A stretch of 64,000 nt of DNA from Eledone cirrhosa (lineage: Eukaryota), in the NCBI GenBank assembly GCA_964016885.1, contig OZ024740.1, forward strand, positions 252,712,001 through 252,776,000, read 5' to 3'. A program made the position numbers and the translations under genes. The notes under the pieces are model-generated. The model did not search any database. It was not told where the DNA came from and worked only from the letters and a program-made list of their open reading frames with translations. Of this stretch, positions 11,501 to 21,359 are shown piece after piece; position 1 is the first letter of the stretch; each line of letters begins with the position of its first letter.

Positions 11501-12107
11501 TCTAGTACCAAACCCATAGCCTCCATGGATTTCGTCGTAGCCGTCACAATGTTGTCCAACGTGACCATTTAGGTCGCCTGCGATAATTATATAGTCACTG
11601 TCGGATATTTGGGAGGTAGTTAGCATCAGTGTCTCATAGAATCTGTCTTTTATAGTGCCGGGCAGTCCGGATTGGGGTGCGTACGCAGATATTACTGTCA
11701 CCGTAGTTCTATTGAGGACAAGTCGTATTTTAATTATTCTGTCGTTCACTCTATTTACGTCTATTATCTTATCTGCCCACTTTTCTGCTACCATGATTCC
11801 TACTCCACCCAGCCCATCGTCGTTTCCCACCCAGAAAAGCTTATAACAACGTTTTTTACCCTCAATGAACCTAGCAGACCCACCCCTCCACCTGGTCTCT
11901 TGAATACAACAAACATCGACCTCCTTACGTTCAAGCATTTCTACAACTTCGTTAGCGCGACCCTTTAGGGTGCCTACATTTATGGTACCAACTCTGAAGT
12001 TTTGGATTGCGTTTGGGGGTTGGGGGCGGTGAGGGGCGGGGGGCGATGGGGTTATGTTAGCCGTCCGCGGTCGAAACAATGAGGAGTGCTCGCATTCTCG
12101 CATTCTC
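8567..12107 (-). mobile_element. RTE-clade LINE, copy 2 (5' UTR truncated, ORF intact, (GAT)n tail)
   Basis: Near-identical to copy 1 in inverted orientation; tail (CAT)n at ~8567-8590. Confidence 0.95.
8963..12103 (-). CDS. Intact 1046-aa RTE APE-RT(PHD) protein
   Basis: Uninterrupted ORF including the APE N-terminal motif FRVGTINVGTL, YADD and the PHD finger (9617-9754). Confidence 0.93.
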   Translation of the reverse strand: MRECEHSSLFRPRTANITPSPPAPHRPQPPNAIQNFRVGTINVGTLKGRANEVVEMLERKEVDVCCIQETRWRGGSARFIEGKKRCYKLFWVGNDDGLGGVGIMVAEKWADKIIDVNRVNDRIIKIRLVLNRTTVTVISAYAPQSGLPGTIKDRFYETLMLTTSQISDSDYIIIAGDLNGHVGQHCDGYDEIHGGYGFGTRNEEGSRILEFCDANNLTICNTNFKKRDNHLITYRSGEHTSQVDYILTRRRDRVSVVNTKSLPHEECTSQHRLIISDLIVRTRRTRQQKRTILRRKIWKLKDPTARNKFQSILLDAFDSKEEHLESDNIEGEWEFLKANLLLATDEVCGWSRPAGRRRVTWWWNSKVEGSIKAKKQAWKVWRDGGSREDYQVARREARRQVYLARREAEERKFKHVLQRDDQKREVFRIARQCVKENRDIVGEKCVLNDDGTLAITDADKKVAWKCHYERLLNEENNWEKGSLPHIDPIEGPAVLVEGSIISKAIKDMKTGKAAGPSEIVAEMLKASGTVGHTMVTRIVNQVVQNGVVPKDWHSSIIVNCYKGKGDALDRSSYRGIKLIDQVMKVTERVIAQLIRERIDLDEMQFGFVSGKSTTDALFIVRQLQEKYLAKGKPLYLAFVDLEKAFDRVPRSIIWWALRKLGVDEWLVRAIQAMYKETVSKVRINNEYSEEFSVKVGVHQGSVLSPLLFIIALQAITEEFKTGCPWELLYADDLTLIAESMAELEKKFQTWKHGLESKGLKINLAKTKVLVCRKENKAAVPSGKWSCSVCRKGVGRNSILCPKCKVWVHKRCSGITGRLTKNIDFTCGRCSGAISSSKCPQTTSSFNCAEGSIEIVDSFRYLGDKISSGGGCSESTVARVRTGWKKFRELIPLLAAKGFSLKMKGRLYDACIRTAMLHGSETWALCAEDIRRLERNEACMLRWMCNSNIRERQSINELRNKLEIRGIRCCLLERRLRWYGHVMRMKVDSCITKCRAIKIDGSHGIGRPRKTWDELINSDITHLHLSKTMSLDRDLWRYSVTEKTRLT

Positions 12108-13684
12108 TAGTAATAATAATAAATTTGAAGACTAAAATCCAAAGAGGGCTCGATAAGGATAAATATATATCAAATATATAAGAAGCGCAGAGCAGATATT
12201 ATTTTAATAAATATATATATATAAATATACATATATATACATACATATATATATATATACATTGAAGTATTAAAACAATGAAATTAAACACAAAACTGTT
12301 AATTCATAGTAAAACACATTATTTTACAATCGTTTCTGGGGGGGTACTCGTCTGCATGTTCATTTCATTATTGATCTATTTAAAACATATTACAAAATAT
12401 CATAGTGAGAAAAGAATACATATGTCTTCACTACTTGCTGTCTTCAGAAATAATGAGTTTTGTTTATTAAAGAATACAAAAAAAAACATACATATGAATA
12501 AGAAAGGTTTTATAACCAGGTTGAAATTGACCATTGTTAAGAATGGAAAGGGGCAGTATAAATCCTTAAGTTTGGTAGTAGTAGATGAATAAATAGGCAA
12601 TCAGTGGATAAGGTATCAAATGTCTTTTAAGAAAAGAAATGAGAGTTGTTAGTGAAAATGAGTTTAGGCATATTGTATATAAAAGTATTTATGGTCAAAG
12701 AAGATTATGGTTGGAGGAGATGGGAAGCTGAGATTAATGTGTTACATCAAGTAGATCTTAAAAAGTTAGCTATTTCTTTGTTGTGAGGAATAATTTGTTG
12801 AGTGGTAGATTTATCTGTATATATACATATATATATAATACATATATATAATATATATATATAATATAATATATATAATATATATATATAATATAATATA
12901 TATAATATATATATATATAATATAATATATATATATATATATATAATACATTTATTAAAATAACAGATTAAAGTTTAAGCAAAGAATCGCTGCTTTCACC
13001 CTTAACGGGATCTTCTGAAACTAACAAAGTCAATCTGTAAACGCAGAACTGGATATTTCAAAAAACGTTGCAGCCGGAGGAAGAAAGGAAGACGATACTT
13101 TGGTTCGTGGTAACGTTCGCTGGCAAAGAACAGGAAAAATGAATAATACGTCATTAATAGGAGCGGTGAAAAACAATTACGCGCAAAGACAAAACCACGT
13201 TTATGGTATAAAAGAGGTCGCAGACTAATGTTCTCTTAGGTGGTGCATAGAGACGTTCTCTGGCAATGAACGAAAAAACGAAGATAATAAGTCATATGTG
13301 GAGCATGGAGAACAAAACCACGTAAAGTTGTAGACTAGGAGACCAAATGAATCTCCGCTACAGAGTTAAGAACAAAGTAAATAAATACAATACAGAAGTA
13401 ATAGAAACAAATAAATACATACACGCAAACAGATACGCACATACACAAGCATACGCAAAACCTTACCATGGGTATACAAAACCACGCACATATAAATATG
13501 TGTGTGTGTATATGCTTGTGTACAAATAAATAAATAATTATATAAACGTATATATAAGTAAATAAATACGTATATAACAAGCGCACACGCATACCTACAT
13601 ATAAGTACACAAATTTTCAGAGACGTAAGTCAACTAAAACAAGAAGTACCCATATACACACACCCACCATATGTACGAACCTGC
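12108..13684 (-). repeat. Inverted copy of the Naiad pLTR/5' UTR, interrupted by a ~750-bp TA-flanked insert (~12200-12950)
   Basis: 12950-13684 is the reverse complement of ~18050-18830 and of 15015-15630; 12108-12200 is the reverse complement of ~15630-15719. Confidence 0.9.
12972..13022 (-). ncRNA. Variant hammerhead-like motif in the Naiad pLTR (most complete of three copies)
   Basis: AGTTT-CAGAAGA-TCCC(GTTAA)GGGT-GAAAGCA(GCGATTCTT)TGCT-T-AAACT: stems I and III pair; the core has A at position 4. Confidence 0.5.
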
Positions 13685-13794
13685 ATAATACATATATATA
13701 TATAATACATATATATATATATATAATACATATATATATATAATACATATATATATATATATATATATAATACATATATATATATATATATATA

Positions 13795-13830
<36 letters not shown>

Positions 13831-14073
13831 CATATATATATATATATATATAATACATATATATATATATATATATATAATACATATATATATATATATA
13901 TATATAATACATATATATATATATATATATAATACATATATATATATATATATATATAATACATATATATATATATATATATAATACATATATATATATA
14001 TATATAATACATATATATATATATATATAATACATATATATATATATATAATACATATATATATATATATATA

Positions 14074-14111
<38 letters not shown>

Positions 14112-14201
14112 CGTATATATATATATAATACATATATATATATATATAATACATATATATATATATATAATACATATATATAATACATATATATATATAT
14201 A

Positions 14202-14235
<34 letters not shown>

Positions 14236-14266
14236 CATATATATAATACATATATATAATACATAT

Positions 14267-14302
<36 letters not shown>

Positions 14303-14464
14303 ATACATATATATATATATATAATACATATATATATATATATAATATATATATATATATAATACATATATATATATATATAATATATATATATATATAT
14401 AATACATATATATATATATAATACATATATATATATATAATACATATATATATATATATATATA

Positions 14465-14498
<34 letters not shown>

Positions 14499-14518
14499 CA
14501 TATATATATATATATATA

Positions 14519-14593
<75 letters not shown>

Positions 14594-14622
14594 CATATAT
14601 ATATAATACATATATATATATA

Positions 14623-14662
<40 letters not shown>

Positions 14663-14712
14663 CATATATATATAATACATATATATATATATATATAATA
14701 CATATATATATA

Positions 14713-14797
<85 letters not shown>

Positions 14798-14871
14798 CAT
14801 ATATATATATATATATATATATAATACATATATATATATATATATATATAATACATATATATATATATATA

Positions 14872-14940
<69 letters not shown>

Positions 14941-15013
14941 CATATATATATATATATAATACATATATATATATATATATATATATAATACATATATATA
15001 TATATATAATACA
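13685..15013. repeat. 1.3-kb compound microsatellite (TA)n-ATACA
   Basis: Runs of TA punctuated regularly by AATACA; source of the spurious YI-repeat ORFs. Confidence 0.98.
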
Positions 15014-18000
15014 TACGCACACACACATATTTATATGTGCGTGGTTTTGTATACCCATGGTAAGGTTTTGCGTATGCTTGTGTATGTACGTATCTGTTTG
15101 CGTGTACGTATCTGTTTGCGTGTATGTATTTATTCGTTTCTATTACTTCTGTATTGTATTTATTTACTTTGTTCTTAACTCTGTAGCGGAGATTCATTTG
15201 GTCTCCTAGTTAGAATTTTAGTCTACGATTTCTGCTTTACCATTTACGTGGTTTTGTCTTTGCGTGCTATTGTTCTCCACGCTCCACATATGACTTATTA
15301 TCTTCGTTTTTTCGTTCATTGCCAGAGAACGTCTCTATGCACCACCTAAGAGAACATTAGTCTACGACCTCTTTTATACCATAAACGTGGTTCTGCCTTT
15401 GCGCTTAATTGTTTTTCACCGCTCCTATTAATGACGTATTATATTCGTTTTTTCCCGTTCTTTGCCAGCGAACGTTACCACGAACCAAAGTATCGTCTTC
15501 CTGTCTTCCTCCGGTTGCAACGTTTTTTGAAATATCCAGTTCTGCGTTTACAGATTGACTTTGTTAGTTTCAGAAGATCCCGTTAAGCAGCGATTCTTTG
15601 CTTAAACTTTAAACTGTCATTTTAATAAATATTTGCTCTACGGTTCTTATATATTTGATATATATTTTCCTTATCGAGCCCTCTTTGGATTTTAGTCTTC
15701 AATTTTATTATTATTACTATTTCGCTCCTTCGGTTGAGCACTCTACTGACTTATATTCATCATGCAGAAACAACATCTGAATATTTCTACAAAGAACATA
15801 CCCGTACCAAGCAGGAAAACATACCTAAAACTCCTGATACAGAAAACAGACGCGTTCATTAAAAGGTTGCGTTGGCGTGCCTTTTATTTCGATAATCCGC
15901 GAAAAGCAGACAACAAACAGGATAAATTTGGATAACCCTCCGTGGAACCCAGCATTGCTACCCTTTGAAAATGATGTCTTGGAACTCATTCGGAATATCA
16001 AATTTCGGAATAGGAGCAATTCCTTCCAGCAAGACCTGAAGAATAGAATTCGTTCTATTAAGGATTCTAACGCCGTGCACGTCCATTCCGACAAAACTGG
16101 CAACCTATATCAAGTGGAGCGCAGTACTTAACATCAACTACTACATAATGCCGTAACTAAGGATTACCGTAAAACTAATCGGTGCGTCATCAATGAAATC
16201 AACGATGCTGGGTTTAAAATCACATCTGATCTCAACATCCTGGACCGGACCGAACCTCTGGACCCTATCTCTCCCACTTTACCCTGAAGGATCACAAATC
16301 CAATTTTCCGAACAACCCCTCTATTCGGCTTATTAACCCTACGAAGTCCGATTTAGTTTGGCCCCTCTCGCACTGTGGAACAATTCTTTCGTGGTGATTG
16401 ATTGGTTCAACGGCATATGTAACAAGGAACATTGCCGTTTTATCCAGTTCGACATCAACAATTACTACTCCTCCATCACTTTACCACTTCTCCTTAGAGC
16501 TATCAATTTCGCTAAAACACTCACAGTGGTTAAGGATTTCGAAGTTGATGTCATCCTCAATGCCCGAAAGTCGGTGATTAATTTCAACGACTCTATTTGG
16601 ATTAAAAAATCCAATAGTACCCCATTCGACGTGAGTATGGGCGCCAGTGACTCTGCGGAGGTTACTGATCTTATTGGCCTTTTCCTTCTTTTCTCTATCA
16701 AGGACGAATTCCCCAACGCGGGCGGTGGTTTGTACCGTGACGATGGTCTTTTGACCATGACTAAGTGCGGACCTCGTGCTTGCGACAGGTTCAGAAAATA
16801 ACTCACAGCCTTCTTTAAAGGCTTCAACCTCTCTATACAGGTTGAGACCAATCTCTCGGTCGTTAATTACCTCGACGTTACACTCAATTTATTGAATGGG
16901 TTATATTACCCGTATAGAAAGCCGAATGATACGCTTAATTACATAAGTAAGCATTCCAACCATCCTGCCAGCATATACCAAGAACCTGGTAAGAAACGTT
17001 TCGTTGAGGCTTTCCCATCTTTCCACCAACGAGCGCATTTTCAACGACCATGCCACTTATTACAATGAAGCTCTTGCTCGAAGTGGATTTGTCGATAAGG
17101 TAGCATATACAGAGTACGAAAATAGACCTAGAAGAAATAGATCCCATCGCATTTGTTGGTTTAACCCACCATATAATATGGAGGTAGCCACACCATTAGC
17201 TAAGATCTTTCTTTCCCTTATTACGAAGCATTTTCCCCCTACACATAAATATAGTAAAATTTTTAATAGAAACACTATTAAAATTTCTTACTCTACGACT
17301 CCTAACCTTGCTCATAACATCACAGGTTCAAATTTAGCTAAACTACCTAGCCGTAGGAACACGTGCAACCCTGTAGTTAGTACTAACTGTAATTGTAGGA
17401 ATTGGGCTGATTGTCCCCTATCCGGGAAATGCCTCTCTAGTAACATTGTCTACAAATGTAAGGTTGTAACACCCACGTCCCGTAGGGCCTACATAGGGTT
17501 AACTGCCAATAGATTCAAGCAGCGTCTTTACATGCATACCCGTTCTTTTCGTTACCCTCTAAGAAGGAATATGACGTCACTTTCAGCTTATATCTGGAGT
17601 CTAAAAGACAACCACACCCAATATAAGTTACACTGGGAGATCCTAGCTAGGGCTAGATCGTATAACGGAAATAAAAGACCATGTGACCTCTGCGCCGCTG
17701 AGGCCCTGGAAATACTCTACGCCACAGACCACATCTTAAACAAAAAATCTGAGGCAATTTTGGCTTGTAAACATAAATTGCACAAAACTTTCCTGTATTA
17801 CAGCCCCACGTTATACCCTAACGGATAGCACGATCTATACGTGGATATTTTACGTCTTGATGTGGGAGCTAAGTATATGTTTTGTTTATTCCTTTACTTA
17901 TTTGCATAGGTAAGTATATATTACCCGTATGTTTAGTGAAGGTATGTATACCTTCTCGTACGTATATTTGACTGTTATAGCGTATAATTTTTACATATTC

Positions 18001-18830
18001 TGGTATTTAGGGTTTGGCTATGTGTATACGGGAGTTTTGCGTCCGCGTGAGTGTGCAGGTTCGTACGTATGGTGGGTGTGTGTATATGTGTACTTCTTGT
18101 TTTAGTTGACTTACGTCTCCGAACATCCGTGTATTTATATGTTGGTATGCGCGTGCGCTTGTTATATACGTATTTATTTACTTATATACGTTTATATAAT
18201 TATTTATTTATTTGTACACAAGCATACGCACACACACATATTTATATGTGTGTGGTTTTGTATACCCATGGTAAGGTTTTGCGTATGCTTGTGTATGTAT
18301 GTATCTGTTTGCGTGTATGTATTTATTTGTTTCTATTACTTCTGTATTGTATTTATTTACTTTGTTCTTAACTCTGTAGCGGAGATTCATTTGGTCTCCT
18401 AGTTAGAATTTTAGTCTACGATTTCTGCTTTACCATTTACGTGGTTTTGTCTTTGCGTGCTATTGTTCTCCACGCTCCACATATGACTTATTATCTTCGT
18501 TTTTTCGTTCATTGCCAGAGAACGTCTCTATACACCACCTAAGAGAACATTAGTCTACGACCTCTTTTATACCATAAACGTGCTTTTGTCTTTGCGCGTA
18601 ATTGTTTTTCACTGCTCCTATTCATGACGTATTATTCATTTTTTCCCGTTCTTTGCCAGAGAACGTTACCACGAACCAAAGTATCGTCTTCCTGTCTTCC
18701 TCTGGTTGCAACGTTTTTTGAAATATCCAGTTCTGCGTTTACAGATTGACTTTGTTAGTTTCAGAAAATCCCGTTAAGGGTGAAAGCAGCGATTCTTTGC
18801 TTAAACTTTAATCTGTCATTTTAATAAATA
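15014..18830 (+). mobile_element. Naiad-type Penelope-like element with direct pLTRs (~15014-15630 and ~18050-18830)
   Basis: Long direct terminal repeats flank a decayed RT + GIY-YIG ORF; both ends lie in (TA)n. Confidence 0.92.
15762..17828 (+). pseudogene. Naiad-type PLE RT/GIY-YIG ORF with stops and frameshifts
   Basis: N-terminus MQKQHLNISTKNIPVP..LIQKTDAFIKRLRWRA; SDKTGNLY; FIQFDINNYY; FDVSMGASDSAEVTDLIG; GLYRDDGL; WFNPPY; CNCR..CPLSGKC; IVYKC/YIGLT; CDLC..E; LNKKSE...CKH. TAA stops at 16131 and 16801. Confidence 0.9.
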
Positions 18831-18857
18831 TATATAATACATATATATATATATATA

Positions 18858-18901
<44 letters not shown>

Positions 18902-18949
18902 TAAATACATAAATATATATATATATATATATATATAGGAACGAGTAGG

Positions 18950-19045
18950 ACCCCGACGGCTGAGCTCAAGCCGTTTCGACGGTTAATTCTGGACTAAATG
19001 AATACTTTTATCCTGATACATGAATAGCCGAGCTTCTCAGGGGGT
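18950..19045 (-). ncRNA. Type I hammerhead ribozyme-like motif with long stem II and GUC cleavage triplet
   Basis: ACCCC-CTGAGAAG-CTCGGCTATTC...GAATTAACCGTC-GAAACGGCT(TGAGCTC)AGCCGT-C-GGGGT. Confidence 0.7.
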
Positions 19046-20074
19046 AATTCCATATATGGTAAAAGTGATTGTCACAAGGATTGGTCAAAAGTTTGTTGTT
19101 GAGACACATAATTCTATCATGGCAATTTGTGGAAGGAAGGGGTAGCTGAACTTGCCATTCTTTGTCGTCGTCCTTTTCACTTTCTCGCCCACCCCGAGGC
19201 AGCCCTTCGGTCCTTTGTAGCCTCAGTACCCCCAGCCCCATCCCTTATTCTATGATAGAATTGGCTAACTCCGCTTTTTATAGATGTGATAGACCTCAGA
19301 TACTTGCATTCTTATCCGATGGCTGCGTCATTTCCGTGCTTTCTACTTTTCTTAGTTTCTCGTATATCAGTATTTATTTATTATTTTTTTTTTTTGGGGG
19401 GGGGGGGGGGGGAATTCTGAATTAATTTTCCGTATCAAATTTTTCATATATATCGTACGAGCATTTATGTAGTTTGTATTAGAATTTTTGTATCGTAGCG
19501 GCACCCTTATATATAGTATTAGTATTCATTTTCGGGATTCTGAATTATTATTTCATATTAGTTTCGGGACTCTGAATTATTATTTCGTTGTAGTTTCTTT
19601 AGTATTTTGGCCCCCTACCCATTCACCTGTCACTGTAAGATAGATTTGGTTGATTACTACTAACTCATAAAATTCTTTCACTACAATTCCGTCCCACCTA
19701 GTAAACTTTTCTATAGTTTAGCAGTACCAGTGAGAGACTTGATGATTGTGGTAAGGTAATAGTAACCAGAAATTGTTTTTTTATATTTTTAACATTCTTA
19801 TTATTCTTCTATATATTTTCTCCATATTGATTTACTTATTGTTTCGACTTCCTCCCCCTCCCTAGTAAACTTTCTTGACCTCCTGCCCTTAGGATCCTGT
19901 TGTAGTTGGCACTATCAAGGCACGACTGGGTTTCCTCCACTACCCCTCCCTCTTTCTTCTACTGGCAAGTTCAGTTACCCCTTCCTTCCACAAATTGCCA
20001 TGATAGAATTATGTGTCTCAACAACAAACTTTTGACCAATCCTTGTGACAATCACTTTTACCATATATAGAATT

Positions 20075-20170
20075 ACCCCCTGAGAAGCTCGGCTATTCAT
20101 GTACCAGGATAAAAATTTTCATTTAGTCCAGAATTAGCCGTCGAAGCGGCTTGAGCTCAGCCGTCGGGGT
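20075..20170 (+). ncRNA. Second copy of the same hammerhead-like motif (GAAA changed to GAAG)
   Basis: ACCCC-CTGAGAAG-CTCGGCTATTC...GAATTAGCCGTC-GAAGCGGCT...AGCCGT-C-GGGGT. Confidence 0.62.
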
Positions 20171-20262
20171 CCTACTCGTTCCTATTACCCACTCTACTAC
20201 CCTAAGTATTGAGTACTTTGGTGCATTATGGTCCATCTGGTTCCTTACCACATTTCCTTCGT

Positions 20263-20390
20263 TATATATATATATATATATGTATTATATATGCATATAT
20301 ATATATATATATATATGTATTATATATGCATATATATATATATATATATATGTATTATATATGCATATATATATATATATATATATGTAT

Positions 20391-20422
<32 letters not shown>

Positions 20423-21021
20423 TATAATACATATATATATAATACATATACATATATATATAATACATATATATATAATACATATACATATATATATAAT
20501 ACATATATATATATATATATAATACATATATATATAATACATATATATATATATATACATATATATATAATACATATATATATGCATATATAATACATAT
20601 ATATGCATATATTATATATATATATGCATATATTATATATATATATGCATATATTATATATATATATGCATATATAATATATATATATATATATATGCAT
20701 ATATAATATATATATATATATATATGCATACATAATATATATATATATATATGCATACATAATATATATATATATATATGCATATATAATACATATATAT
20801 ATATATATGCATATATAATACATATATATATATATATATGCATATATAATACATATATATATATATATATGCATATATAATACATATATATATATACATA
20901 TATAATACATATATATATATATGCATATATAATACATATATATATATATATGCATATATAATACATATATATATATATATATGCATATATAATACATATA
21001 TATATATATATATATATATAT
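20263..21021. repeat. Compound (TA)n microsatellite with TGCA/TACA interruptions
   Basis: Direct inspection; polarity of the interruptions switches near 20420. Confidence 0.97.
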
Positions 21022-21359
21022 CACGGGCGACAAAACTCAGAATTTGTCAACTATTATTGATGGTCAGTCTGCTTCTAAGAAATGTAACGTACATATATCA
21101 TTTTCTTCTTAACTCCCCACCCTTAGGTTCATTCATCCATATATCTATAATCTCCCAGAATCAAATTCTTATTCATAATTGTCTTTCTATAATTCTGTCT
21201 CACTGTTCTAAAAATCTTCTCCACGTTGTTCTAAATAATCTTCCCGCTTCCATTTTGGCCGAAAAATTTTTCCAGGATTCATAGAAATGGCCTCTCTCTC
21301 TCTCGGCCCGCTAAAATCGCTTTCACCCTCACTCCCTACGCACCAAATATAAATAAGCC

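Larger units (their letters stand above)
18937..20262. mobile_element. Non-coding element with ~220-bp inverted repeats (18937-19157 / 19963-20184), each carrying a hammerhead-like ribozyme
   Basis: The arms are reverse complements with few mismatches; there is no ORF of known type between them; (TA)n on both outer flanks. Confidence 0.75.

Noticed and set aside
13617-15197. Long YI/IY-repeat ORFs (also 20151-21033 and others)
   Set aside because: Translations of TA microsatellites; no coding signal.
15762-17828. Selenocysteine recoding, as reported for some Naiad elements
   Set aside because: The in-frame stops seen are TAA, and the conserved endonuclease cysteines here and in the 58296-58730 copy are TGT/TGC; no convincing SECIS seen.
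18937-20184. Ordinary MITE or DIRS terminal inverted repeats
   Set aside because: The right side extends ~80 bp beyond the repeat, no transposase-type termini or tyrosine recombinase remnant were seen, and hammerhead motifs point to a PLE-related origin.
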